A DNA stretch of 62,443 nt, taken from NCBI GenBank assembly GCA_018221045.1, contig JAAOXT010000024.1, forward strand, positions 1 to 62,443, in the 5' to 3' direction. The position numbers and the translations under genes were made by a program. This DNA comes from Nanobdellota archaeon. GTDB lineage: Archaea; Nanobdellota; Nanobdellia; JAAOXT01. The notes under the pieces are model-generated. The model searched no databases. It was not told where the DNA came from and saw only the letters and a program-made list of their open reading frames with translations. Below are positions 26,882 through 36,120 of this stretch, piece by piece. Numbering within the stretch: the first letter of the stretch is position 1; each line of letters opens with the position of its first letter.

Positions 26882-27304
26882 ATGGATTACACAACTCTTT
26901 TAGGAATTTTCGGGTTCGCACTGCTAGCCAACATCATCATTCAAATCATTTACAAAAAGTTCACTGACCAAGACCTGATAAAAAAAATTAACAAACAGGT
27001 CAAAGAATTACAAAAAGCGAGCAAGAACACCAAGGACCTCAAGAAATTGAACAACATTCAATCAGAGATAATGAACCTGTCAATGAAGAAGATGAAGCAG
27101 ACCACGAAACCCATGATGGTTTCCATGCTGACATTTATAGTCTTGTTCCCAGTAATGAAAAATTATTTCATGGGATTCATACTCGTGCAACTACCCTGGA
27201 CGCTGCCCGTAATCGGGAACGACGTGGGATGGTTCCTCACATACATCATATTCTCAACAGTTCTCAACCCGTTAATCAAAAAAATTGTGGGCACGGAACT
27301 GTAA
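26882..27304 (+). CDS. DUF106 / EMC3-TMCO1 (Oxa1 superfamily) membrane protein
   Basis: TM-coiled coil-TM architecture, GWFLTYII; conserved position after secY. Confidence 0.85.
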   Translation: MDYTTLLGIFGFALLANIIIQIIYKKFTDQDLIKKINKQVKELQKASKNTKDLKKLNNIQSEIMNLSMKKMKQTTKPMMVSMLTFIVLFPVMKNYFMGFILVQLPWTLPVIGNDVGWFLTYIIFSTVLNPLIKKIVGTEL

Positions 27305-27372
27305 AGAAAAATAATAACCCTTAAAAAAGAGTTCTCCTTTCTATTTACATGACGATAAAAAGGGGTTAAGGG

Positions 27373-27621
27373 GTGTACGATTTATTTGACGTAGAACTGG
27401 ATTTGATAGAGATTAAGTTGGGGCTTTACAGTATTTCTTCATTAGAAAAATTGGTAAAAAGGTATGGGATATGCATTGAATGCATGAACAACAGCGCCAG
27501 AACTGTTCCGGACAAAGATGAATGGAAATGCAGTACTAAATATTTAGTGATTGAAAAAAAGAAAGTTTGCAAAGGATACATATCCCTGATAGAGTTTTAT
27601 AAAAAAAATTTAACCCTGTAA
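27373..27621 (+). CDS. Small 4-Cys protein, paralog 1
   Basis: GICIECMN...WKC...YLVIEKKKVCKGY. Confidence 0.6.
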   Translation: MYDLFDVELDLIEIKLGLYSISSLEKLVKRYGICIECMNNSARTVPDKDEWKCSTKYLVIEKKKVCKGYISLIEFYKKNLTL

Positions 27622-27709
27622 CCAAAAGAAAATTGACTGAAGCGATATCAATTATAAACGAATGATTTAAAAAACAAGGATTAATTTCCTTTGTTAGGTG
27701 AAAACAATA

Positions 27710-27943
27710 ATGGACGACAAAATAGAGGATAAAATAAAAACAATCAATGAAAACGAATTGGAACGTTTATTGAAAGAGTACTGCGTTACCATTAATGATC
27801 AAGGTGTTGCCTCTGGCAAAGACTTATGTGGGTCCTGTGCTAGCAATATTGATGAAACATGCTCTGCGGGGAAGCTTTACATTAAGACCAGCAAGGTTCA
27901 GTGCGGTGCTTACGGGCCAGCACAAACACTTTATAGAGGATGA
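27710..27943 (+). CDS. Small 4-Cys protein, paralog 2
   Basis: LCGSCASN...TC...LYIKTSKVQCGAY; GGTGA SD, ATG 27710. Confidence 0.6.
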   Translation: MDDKIEDKIKTINENELERLLKEYCVTINDQGVASGKDLCGSCASNIDETCSAGKLYIKTSKVQCGAYGPAQTLYRG

Positions 27944-28014
27944 TTTAAAAAAAAAACTGAAAAGCTTAAAATCTAATCTTAATCAATTATTGGTAAAGGG
28001 GTGAAAACGATAAA

Positions 28015-28263
28015 ATGAACGATTTAATAACGAAAACGTTTACGAAAGATGCTTTATCAGAACTGGAAGAAGACCTTGGCATCTGCGCGATATGCAAAAA
28101 TTTTGATGGAGCGAGCCTTACTGAAAAAGACGGCGCGCAAATGATTAGTGTTCAACTACCCATTGAAGAAGGAAATTGCACTAAAGAATCTCCGTCAGGA
28201 GAACCTTATTTATTGCTGGAAAAAAAGGGTGGCTGCGCAGGAAAAGAGTTATATACTCCATAA
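28015..28263 (+). CDS. Small 4-Cys protein, paralog 3
   Basis: GICAICKN...GNC...YLLLEKKGGCAG; GGTGA SD. Confidence 0.6.
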   Translation: MNDLITKTFTKDALSELEEDLGICAICKNFDGASLTEKDGAQMISVQLPIEEGNCTKESPSGEPYLLLEKKGGCAGKELYTP

Positions 28264-28287
28264 AAAAACCTTTGCAAGTGATAGCGC

Positions 28288-28623
28288 ATGAGCATAGACG
28301 ACATAATCATAAGCAAAAAACTTGTTCTAGAAATTCAAGACAGATTTATACTTGATTATAACTTCGACCGCGACGAGGAAGGCAATATATCGAGCAGTGA
28401 GACCAATAGAATAAGAAGCATAACTGAAGACTTGATAAGCATGTTGGAAAACGCTTACCGAAAATATGCAGAAGAGATTGAACAATTCTCGCCAGGTTAT
28501 GAAGAAGCGGACAGGAAGAAAACTTTTTTCACATACCTCCTGAACTTATCAGCGATTTGGGATGGAAAAAAACTTGACGAAGTGGTTTACAACCACGCAA
28601 TATTTGAAATCAACTCTATGTAA
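28288..28623 (+). CDS. Hypothetical helical protein
   Basis: 111-aa ORF, no motif recognised. Confidence 0.55.
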   Translation: MSIDDIIISKKLVLEIQDRFILDYNFDRDEEGNISSSETNRIRSITEDLISMLENAYRKYAEEIEQFSPGYEEADRKKTFFTYLLNLSAIWDGKKLDEVVYNHAIFEINSM

Positions 28624-28628
28624 AAATT

Positions 28629-28949
28629 TTATTCTTTCAAACGTTTTAGAACGTTCTGCTTAAACTTCTCAAACTCCTCATCAATAATTCTGGAAACCTT
28701 ATCCCCGCCCTCTTGAGAAGACTTCTTAGCTGCCCGGGCCTCGGCGAGCTCGTGAATGCTTGGAGGACTGCCAAAACTATTTCTCTCAGCAGGAACCGCT
28801 AACTCCCTGCCCGGCCTAATCGCCGGCCTAGGACTCCCAAAAGGTTTTTCAGTCTCGGGCTTTAATGTAGACTTGTTAACGTTATTGATTGCTTCGTTTA
28901 CAAGCATTTGAAAGGGACTATCTTTTTTCGGACCGTTTTGGGGATTCAT
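28629..28949 (-). CDS. Hypothetical protein (Pro-rich, probably disordered)
   Basis: 106-aa ORF. Confidence 0.5.
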   Translation of the reverse strand: MNPQNGPKKDSPFQMLVNEAINNVNKSTLKPETEKPFGSPRPAIRPGRELAVPAERNSFGSPPSIHELAEARAAKKSSQEGGDKVSRIIDEEFEKFKQNVLKRLKE

Positions 28950-28995
28950 TATGACCGTAAGTAATTGCTCAATGTTATAAAAACTTTATCGTAAT

Positions 28996-29397
28996 CTAAG
29001 GAATCCTTCCCTTAAAACAACCCCCCGCCTTACACTCCCCACCTCTAAGGTCATAAGAAAAACCCAGTTTTTCCTCAATGACTGACGGATGAATCAAACA
29101 ATTTGCTAACTCTTCTTCAAAAGTTAGGAAAACGCAGTGCTTACCAAAATCATGAATGTCTGAATCAGGCATTAACTCAAGCAATTTTGACTTAACAGGC
29201 CTTGCTGGTTCAGGAACAATACCCCAATAATCATAACTTTCAATGTTTTCGAGCGCGAAATCAACCTCTTCCCTGACCTGCGGAAAAATGCTTAAAACAT
29301 ACTCTTTCAACTCAGGACGTTCTTTGAAGCCTTTAAGCAAAGTTCTTGACCAGAAATGATTATCCTTGCAACAAACCCCACACCTCTCACAAACCAT
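28996..29397 (-). CDS. YkgJ-like cysteine-cluster (CxxCxxCC) protein
   Basis: MVCERCGVCC...HCVFL...CLIH...ECKAGGC; start moved to ATG 29397. Confidence 0.7.
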   Translation of the reverse strand: MVCERCGVCCKDNHFWSRTLLKGFKERPELKEYVLSIFPQVREEVDFALENIESYDYWGIVPEPARPVKSKLLELMPDSDIHDFGKHCVFLTFEEELANCLIHPSVIEEKLGFSYDLRGGECKAGGCFKGRIP

Positions 29398-29489
29398 AAA
29401 GAACAAGTCAAAAAACACGCTTATAAGACTTACTTTTTCAAAACCGTTCAAAAAACTTATAAAACCAATAAAACAATGAAAGAGGAATA

Positions 29490-29942
29490 ATGAAAGTTGG
29501 AAGAGTTTGTGTTAAAACCATGGGCAGGGAAAAAGGACTGCTGTGCCTGATAATCGAAGAATTAGATAGCGGTTTTGTCATGATTGACGGGCTGACCCGA
29601 AGAAGAAAGTGCAACAAAGCGCACTTACAACCAACACCCAACGCTCTAAAAATAAGCAATAAAGCCAAAACAGAAACCGTTCTTGAAGCAATGAAACAAG
29701 CCGAACTCATCACTGACAAGGAACACAAAGCAAGAATGACTTCAAAAGACAAGCCTAAAGGACCTAAACCAGTGAAAAAGAAAAAATTGGAAAGACAAGC
29801 CAGGACTGCAAAACAAAAAGAAAACAAAAAGAAAACAAAAAAAGTGGTGAAAAAGAAAGAAATAAAAAAGAAAACAGCACCTAAGAAAAAAGTTGAAAAG
29901 AAGAAACCTGTTAAGAAACCCGCAAAAACAAAGAAGAAATAA
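29490..29942 (+). CDS. rpl14e: 50S ribosomal protein L14e with a histone-H1-like Lys-rich tail
   Basis: VGRVCVKTMGREKG, RRRKCNKAHLQPT. Confidence 0.95.
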   Translation: MKVGRVCVKTMGREKGLLCLIIEELDSGFVMIDGLTRRRKCNKAHLQPTPNALKISNKAKTETVLEAMKQAELITDKEHKARMTSKDKPKGPKPVKKKKLERQARTAKQKENKKKTKKVVKKKEIKKKTAPKKKVEKKKPVKKPAKTKKK

Positions 29943-30005
29943 AGTAAAGTTCTATCTTCTTATAATCCAAAAAAGTTTTAAACATAAAAAAAATCCTTCT
30001 AAAGT

Positions 30006-30386
30006 ATGAGCGTGGATATAAGAGAATATGATTTCAAGAAGGTTAATGGTTGGAAAGTTTATCAGCAAGAAGTTGATGGCTTAACCTATCCAATAGGCTG
30101 GAAAGTTGTTACAGAAGATTTAAAATCAACAGGACTTAACGGAACCCCCGTGGTTCAATATTCTCAAGATGAGTGGAAGCATCATAAAGAATGGGGTATC
30201 TGGGTGGCGAGAATCCCTTCCTTTGCTGACTACGTCAAATGGCATTTATCCAACAGAGAAAGAAATCCTTCCGAAGGAAAAATCTTTGTCACAGCGATGG
30301 ATGACGTGATTGAAGCTCGCAAAAACGGGGTCAAAAGCAAAGGCATTCTTCTTCTTGAAGAAATGAGTTTAGCGGAACCATATTAA
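30006..30386 (+). CDS. Hypothetical protein
   Basis: 126-aa Trp-rich ORF inserted between rpl14e and cbf5. Confidence 0.6.
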   Translation: MSVDIREYDFKKVNGWKVYQQEVDGLTYPIGWKVVTEDLKSTGLNGTPVVQYSQDEWKHHKEWGIWVARIPSFADYVKWHLSNRERNPSEGKIFVTAMDDVIEARKNGVKSKGILLLEEMSLAEPY

Positions 30387-30434
30387 CAATAGCAAACTTA
30401 AAATATTATTCCTCAATTAACAATTAAAAAGAAA

Positions 30435-31418
30435 ATGAGTTTGCTCCCTTCAGAAAAAATCAAAAGAAAAGTTCTAACCCTGAAAAAAGAAGAATCTAAC
30501 CCGGAATGGGGTTGCCAACCAGAAAAACGGGATATGACCAACTGGCTGGAATACGGTTTCGTGAACGTGGACAAACCATCAGGGCCTCACAGCCATAAAA
30601 TATCAGAACTCGTAAAAAAAATTGTTGGCGCCTGGAAAGCAGGGCACTCTGGCACGCTCGACCCAAAAGTCACTGGCGCGCTACCAGTCGCTTTGAACAA
30701 CGCTACCCGAGCCCTTTCCTACCTGTTGAAAGCGGGTAAAGAATACGTTTGCCTCATGAAAATCCACGAACCCTTTCCAAAACAAAAAATCAGGAAAGTG
30801 ATGAAATCCTTCGTGGGAAAAATCATTCAAAAACCGCCTGTCAGGTCCGCGGTCAAGCGCGTGGAGCGAGAAAGAACAATCCATTACATCCAAATCCTAG
30901 AAATCAAGGGACAAGAAGTACTGTTTTTAGTTGGGTGCGAGGCAGGCACTTACATCAGAAAACTATGCGACGACATCGGAAAAAAAATGGGTGTGAGAGC
31001 GCACATGCTTGAGCTTCGCAGAACCAAAGTAGGAGTCATTCACGAAGATAGTTGTGTCAGCCTGCAAGAACTCTCTGACGCGGTCGCGCTGAGGGATGAA
31101 AAACTTTTGAAGAAGTGCGTGCAACCCATTGAAAAAGTGTTGTCGTTCACCCCAAAAATCTGGGTTTCAGACCTGTCCGTAAACTCTTTATGTAATGGTT
31201 CTAGACTCTGGACGCCCGGAGCGTCGAAAATGGATAAAGGGCTGAAAAAAGATGATAAAGTCATGCTTCTCACCCTAAAAAACGAGTTGATAGGTTTTGG
31301 AACCTTGCTCGTAAACGGAGAAGAAATTCTTGAAGCCAGAAAAAAACCTGTGCTAAAAGTTAATACGGTAATAATGAAGAAATGTCCTTACCCTAAACGC
31401 GTAAAACGAAGTGTTTAA
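30435..31418 (+). CDS. cbf5: H/ACA pseudouridine synthase Cbf5 (TruB family) with PUA domain
   Basis: DKPSGP, GHSGTLDPKVTG, KEYVC, GTYIRKLC, ELRRTK. Confidence 0.96.
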   Translation: MSLLPSEKIKRKVLTLKKEESNPEWGCQPEKRDMTNWLEYGFVNVDKPSGPHSHKISELVKKIVGAWKAGHSGTLDPKVTGALPVALNNATRALSYLLKAGKEYVCLMKIHEPFPKQKIRKVMKSFVGKIIQKPPVRSAVKRVERERTIHYIQILEIKGQEVLFLVGCEAGTYIRKLCDDIGKKMGVRAHMLELRRTKVGVIHEDSCVSLQELSDAVALRDEKLLKKCVQPIEKVLSFTPKIWVSDLSVNSLCNGSRLWTPGASKMDKGLKKDDKVMLLTLKNELIGFGTLLVNGEEILEARKKPVLKVNTVIMKKCPYPKRVKRSV

Positions 31419-31446
31419 AACAAGCATTCTCACATTTTCTGTATTG

Positions 31447-31710
31447 ATGAGGTCAATTGACGATGTTTTCAGTGAAAACCAAGGGGGAAAAGCTTGCGCG
31501 TGCTTAAATTGGATTAAAGAAAGAATAGGGTATAATAAGCGAGTGAGTTTGAATTTAACTGGTTCAACGCTGATGGTGTTAAGCGAAAGCATCCCTGAAA
31601 CAAGTTACTTCCCTCTAATGGTTTTAGGTTCCGCAGGATTGATAGCTGCCATGATATATGTTATAAAAAGAGAATTCGACCCCAACGCTCTTGATGAAAA
31701 AAATGATTAG
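31447..31710 (+). CDS. Small membrane protein (tentative)
   Basis: One C-terminal hydrophobic segment; fills an otherwise empty gap. Confidence 0.35.
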   Translation: MRSIDDVFSENQGGKACACLNWIKERIGYNKRVSLNLTGSTLMVLSESIPETSYFPLMVLGSAGLIAAMIYVIKREFDPNALDEKND

Positions 31711-32165
31711 AGCAGGTCAGTTGTTTCCTTAAAAGAATCCATCACAAAAATGCTTCTGGTGTGAACGACTTCCTGCATGGGGCGTAAGTCCTTAGTAATG
31801 AAATCGTTAAGCTCTTCCATGCCCCCAACTTTCAATTTAAGCATGACATCCCATTCCCCGCTAATCACGTGAACTCCTTGGACAAACTGGAACGACGACA
31901 TGCGTCTGCAAAAACTTTCTTGGGAAAGCTTCTTCCCCTTAAAATTATACGTTGTCGAGACAAGAATGAAAGCGAACAAATCTTTATCAAAGGCTTTCGG
32001 GTCCAAAACGGTTTTATACGCTTTAACCCAACCCTCCCTATCAAACTTTTTAATGCGGTTATGCACGGTCGTGATAGGTATCAAAGTCTTTTTGGCAATC
32101 TGACTGACACTCATCCGAGCGTTCGCCTGCAATACTTTTAAAATCTTAACATCTTTCGAATCCAT
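31707..32165 (-). CDS. Lrp/AsnC-family transcriptional regulator
   Basis: MDSKDVKILKVLQANARMS...TTVHNRIKK HTH; ISGEWDV; start moved to ATG 32165. Confidence 0.92.
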   Translation of the reverse strand: MDSKDVKILKVLQANARMSVSQIAKKTLIPITTVHNRIKKFDREGWVKAYKTVLDPKAFDKDLFAFILVSTTYNFKGKKLSQESFCRRMSSFQFVQGVHVISGEWDVMLKLKVGGMEELNDFITKDLRPMQEVVHTRSIFVMDSFKETTDLL

Positions 32166-32274
32166 AACTTTTTGGAAAAGTTTTCCATATTTAAACGTTT
32201 TCTTCAAGTTTTTAGCATGTTTTTTCAAGTTTTGTGGGACTAAGTTTTTAAGACTGTTCATTCATCTTTTTGGA

Positions 32275-33414
32275 ATGCAAGAAATCGATTATGTTTTCAC
32301 AACACCTCTTGGAGAGATTAAAACTGCCACGTACTATTCAAAAGGCGGCGCGTTCATTGACGGTTCTTCGATAAAAGGTTTCAGGGCAACAGAAGACAGC
32401 GACCTTTACCTCAAACCGGAAAAAGAGTTCACGATTAATGGAAACAACATAGTGATATGCGACGTCTTAACCCATGATAAAAAAGAATTCCATTCCTGCC
32501 CGAGAAGCATCTTAAAAAAAGTTCTAGCCAAGTATAAAGAATTCAGATTTGAGATGGGAGCAGAAATAGAGTTCTTCATAACCAAGAAAGGAGAACTCAT
32601 TGATGAAACAGGATATTTCAGCGACGACTTCGAGTTCAAAGAGTTAAGAAAAGAGATTTGTCGCAGAATGATTTCGGCGGGCATCACTCCAACGGTCACT
32701 CATCACGAGGTCGCGAGTTCTCAGCACGAAATAAATTTTATGCACTCCGAAGCGCTCACCACGGCTGACAACGTCGTTGCGACTAAGATGATAATCAAAA
32801 GGGTTTGTGCAGAAAAAGGTTTTGAAGCTAACTTCATGCCAAAACCTTTCAAAGGAATTAATGGGAGTGGCATGCACTGCCACATATCTGTATGGAATAA
32901 AGAAAAGAACCTTTTTTACTCGCCAAACGGGCTGCCAGATTTCGGAAAAAAATTCGTGAACGGCCTGCTATCACGCGCGAGCGCGTTATGCGCGTTAACA
33001 AACCCTACGGTCAACTCGTACAAAAGACTTAGGCCGGGATTTGAAGCGCCATCTGAAATAAAATGGGGTTACAGAGACAGGACAAGTATCATAAGGATTC
33101 CAGCCCATGATTCAGAGGGAGGTGCTAGGATAGAGTTCAGGGCGCCGGACGCGCTGTCAAACCCTTACTTAGTTCTTGCAGGGATGGTAATCGCGGGAAT
33201 GAATGGGGTTGAAAACGGTTCAGCAGGTGAAGCGAGAGGAAAACTGCCCACTAGGCTCAAAGACGCGCTGAAAAAATTGGGTTGCGATGAAGTGATTAAG
33301 AAAGGTTTGGGGGAAGAATTCGTTGAAACGTACCTGAAATTAAAGTATGAGGAGTGGGAAGAGTATGCTACGCACATCACTGACTGGGAGAAAAAAAAAT
33401 ACTTGGCAATGTGA
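32275..33414 (+). CDS. glnA: Glutamine synthetase type I (short form)
   Basis: DGSSIKG, AEIEFF, HHEVASSQHEI, FMPKP..NGSGMHCH, YKRLRPGFEAP, RIEFRAPD. Confidence 0.92.
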   Translation: MQEIDYVFTTPLGEIKTATYYSKGGAFIDGSSIKGFRATEDSDLYLKPEKEFTINGNNIVICDVLTHDKKEFHSCPRSILKKVLAKYKEFRFEMGAEIEFFITKKGELIDETGYFSDDFEFKELRKEICRRMISAGITPTVTHHEVASSQHEINFMHSEALTTADNVVATKMIIKRVCAEKGFEANFMPKPFKGINGSGMHCHISVWNKEKNLFYSPNGLPDFGKKFVNGLLSRASALCALTNPTVNSYKRLRPGFEAPSEIKWGYRDRTSIIRIPAHDSEGGARIEFRAPDALSNPYLVLAGMVIAGMNGVENGSAGEARGKLPTRLKDALKKLGCDEVIKKGLGEEFVETYLKLKYEEWEEYATHITDWEKKKYLAM

Positions 33415-33465
33415 GAAAGCATAACACAAGACATTATAAACATCTAAGATTTTTTCTTAAATTAA

Positions 33466-34725
33466 ATGATAACTGGGGTGGAAATAGAGTTTCCAGTGCA
33501 CGGCAAGTCGTTAAGGCCTGCGGAAGCTGAGAACATCATTGACGAGCAATTGTTTGAAGACTTAGGATTAACCTATTTCAGAATGCATTCAAGCAAGTTT
33601 CTGGTCAGTTTAAACCATGCAGGATTCATGATAAGCACGGATGTTTCTCCATTAAATGAAGATAGGAGCAGGCATTTTAAGCTTGAACTATCCTCCCCAG
33701 TATCCACGCTTTCAGGGCTTTACGACTCTTGGCTCATGTGCTCTTCTCTTGCCAGTCTGATGTCAGAGTACAGTCCTGATTTCAAGGCAACAGCTACAGG
33801 GTGGTACCCAATGGAACCTGCTTGGAGAAAGAAACCAGAAAGATACTATCTTAACGCGGGTATGCACATCCACATGACCCCATTCAAAAAATCTGATGAC
33901 ACAACGGATTCGATGTTAGCTATCTTGAATTTTAATTCACCTGTACAAGACGGTGAGGTAACTGATAGGTTGAGTGTCAGGTGGGACGAGTACAGAAGTG
34001 ACGGGGAAGAAGATGTTTCCAGTGTTTATATAGATAAGTCAGAATCCCATGTTGAGATAAGATGTCTTGACACTCATTTCCAGCCCGAAATCATGAAAGC
34101 AACAATCGGTTTTTTAAGCCTTCTTCCAGGAACTTTCAGAAGAAGGGGATACCATCCTAAAACTTTTTTGGAAGACATTTGCAGTGAGGGAATTACTGCA
34201 AAAACTTGCTGTAAAGATGGGAAGACAAGAACTCTCTCAGAAGTGTTTCTCAAATTAATTGATGATGAAAAGGCAAGAGCCCAAAAAGTTTTTGGGAAAA
34301 GACAAGCCAACAATTATTTGACTTGCTTAAAAAACGTTGCTGAAGAAGAAACTTTCCTTCCAGCAAGAAAACAGTTAAGACATTTCAAAAACTGGAGGGA
34401 TTTGGTTAAAACACCTGTTCGGGAAGGAGGGATTCGATTAACACCCGAAGACGTGAAAGAACTTTCTGGCGAGCGACCAGAGGAAGTGATAAAAAGGTAT
34501 AAGCCTCAAACCCGGCTGGCAAGTGGTTTTGGAAAAAATGTTGAAATAATATCCTGTATGAAAGGAAAGTTAGGGGTTTTTAATATGAGAGAAGAGTTCT
34601 GGCGTGGGCGAATGAAACTTTACAAGGATATGTACACCAAGACGACGCGCTTACATCCCCGGAATAGGGAAAAGTTATTCGGAAAACTTAAAGGATTAAC
34701 TGTTGAAGACTTTGAATGGCAATAA
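33466..34725 (+). CDS. Glutamate--cysteine ligase-like carboxylate-amine ligase (GCS2/YbdK-like)
   Basis: GVEIEF, LELSSPV, ATGWYP, AGMHIH, VEIRCLD pattern. Confidence 0.65.
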   Translation: MITGVEIEFPVHGKSLRPAEAENIIDEQLFEDLGLTYFRMHSSKFLVSLNHAGFMISTDVSPLNEDRSRHFKLELSSPVSTLSGLYDSWLMCSSLASLMSEYSPDFKATATGWYPMEPAWRKKPERYYLNAGMHIHMTPFKKSDDTTDSMLAILNFNSPVQDGEVTDRLSVRWDEYRSDGEEDVSSVYIDKSESHVEIRCLDTHFQPEIMKATIGFLSLLPGTFRRRGYHPKTFLEDICSEGITAKTCCKDGKTRTLSEVFLKLIDDEKARAQKVFGKRQANNYLTCLKNVAEEETFLPARKQLRHFKNWRDLVKTPVREGGIRLTPEDVKELSGERPEEVIKRYKPQTRLASGFGKNVEIISCMKGKLGVFNMREEFWRGRMKLYKDMYTKTTRLHPRNREKLFGKLKGLTVEDFEWQ

Positions 34726-34759
34726 ATATTAAAAAACAAGACTGCTTAATTAGAACAGC

Positions 34760-35380
34760 ATGTTAGGCAAACGGAATCTTTGGTCAACAGTATTTCTCAT
34801 CGCGCTTATAGGTGGACTGGCCTTGTTCTCCGTAAAACCAGAGATAACCGGGATGTTTAGCTCTTTAACAAAAGTTTTCGACAAGAATCAGACGAGCATT
34901 CAAAATCAGAGCGAGGTTCAGGAACCAAGCAGTTTAGATAACTTGTACTCAGAGCTCGCGGAGCTACTGGAGAAAGATTCTTTGGACTTGGGGACGAAAA
35001 TGCGTGTGACGAGCACGGCAGAACTTTTAATTCAAGAGGTTCCGGTTAAAAGGATTGGTTTGGAAAGAATCAAGTTCTTGGCCAGCGTTGACGAACCAGT
35101 TCTGGCGTTGAACGAGGCGAAAACCTTGTTTGAGGGTCAAAAGCATTGTTTTCCAATGGAACTGCAAAAAACGATTTTGTTCCTTAAAGACGGGAGGCAG
35201 GATTTGCTTGACCTGTCAAAACTGCAGGGCTCGTTGGAAGCGCACAGTTCCTTAGAATTTTTTGAAGAAATAAAAACCAAAATGGTTAGAGCAATGGATT
35301 ATTATAACCAAGGAAACTTCTGGTGGGCGAAAGAAACGTTCAAAAGTGTTAACAAGACCGTTGACTTCACATGTGAGTAA
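34760..35380 (+). CDS. Membrane-anchored hypothetical protein
   Basis: N-terminal hydrophobic signal/TM segment. Confidence 0.6.
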   Translation: MLGKRNLWSTVFLIALIGGLALFSVKPEITGMFSSLTKVFDKNQTSIQNQSEVQEPSSLDNLYSELAELLEKDSLDLGTKMRVTSTAELLIQEVPVKRIGLERIKFLASVDEPVLALNEAKTLFEGQKHCFPMELQKTILFLKDGRQDLLDLSKLQGSLEAHSSLEFFEEIKTKMVRAMDYYNQGNFWWAKETFKSVNKTVDFTCE

Positions 35381-35394
35381 AGAATGTATTCAAG

Positions 35395-35667
35395 TTATCT
35401 TCGATAAGCTTTGTCGTGGTGCCTGAGTTTATCAAAGATGACGGTGTCTTTTTCGATTTTGAACGTCAAAACAAAACCCCCAACATGAACCCTTTTATAG
35501 TCTTTAAGACTTCCTGCAAGATTCTTGAAATGTTGAATGGCGACTCCATCAAGACTCATTATTTGGATAATCTTTTTCCTGACAGTAAGAGCAAGAATCC
35601 TGTCTTTTCTGAATAGTTTATCAAGCTGTTTTCTCAGCGAAGAAGTAATAATGAATTTGAAAGTCAT
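35395..35667 (-). CDS. RelE/ParE-family toxin
   Basis: 90 aa, basic; FKNL...YKRVHVGGFVLTF...RHHDKAY; 4-nt overlap with the upstream antitoxin. Confidence 0.85.
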   Translation of the reverse strand: MTFKFIITSSLRKQLDKLFRKDRILALTVRKKIIQIMSLDGVAIQHFKNLAGSLKDYKRVHVGGFVLTFKIEKDTVIFDKLRHHDKAYRR

Positions 35668-35969
35668 TTCAGACCCATTAACTCGTCCAACTCTTCTACG
35701 GTCATGGGTTTAACCTTACCGGATTTTAATTTTTTGGAGAGGGATTCTATTGATTTAACCGTTTCTTTAACAGCAGATTTTTTAACCTCTCTATCATCGT
35801 TTTCGGGTATTCCTGATATTTCACGGACTTTTTTCATTAATTCAAGCCTCACCATATCAGAAAGGGTTTCGGCAAATGCTCGTCTAGCGACAGCTGACCA
35901 ATTAATAAAATCTGTCTTGTCCATTCTGGATTTTAATTCGTCTGGTACGGATAGCGTTATGGTTCCCAT
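35664..35969 (-). CDS. RHH-type antitoxin
   Basis: MGTITLSVPDELKSRM...INWSAVARRA; start ATG 35969. Confidence 0.8.
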   Translation of the reverse strand: MGTITLSVPDELKSRMDKTDFINWSAVARRAFAETLSDMVRLELMKKVREISGIPENDDREVKKSAVKETVKSIESLSKKLKSGKVKPMTVEELDELMGLK

Positions 35970-36120
35970 TTTAAACACTCCAAAGCAATTATTTATATTA
36001 TTTGTGTACAAAGAGTGTATTTAAACCTTTTGGGAAGGGTTGGTAGAGTTTGAGTTATTGATTTCGCTTGTTAAACGAAACGTTTTTAAATCCTAATAAG
36101 AATTGTATAACCTCAACATC

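Noticed and set aside
13574-27304. Programmed frameshifting at long A-runs in r-protein genes
   Set aside because: All genes are intact in a single frame; the A-runs are explained by Lys codons.
35395-35969. Toxin-antitoxin pair as a marker of a mobile element
   Set aside because: An ordinary RHH-RelE module with no flanking repeats, transposase or integrase.
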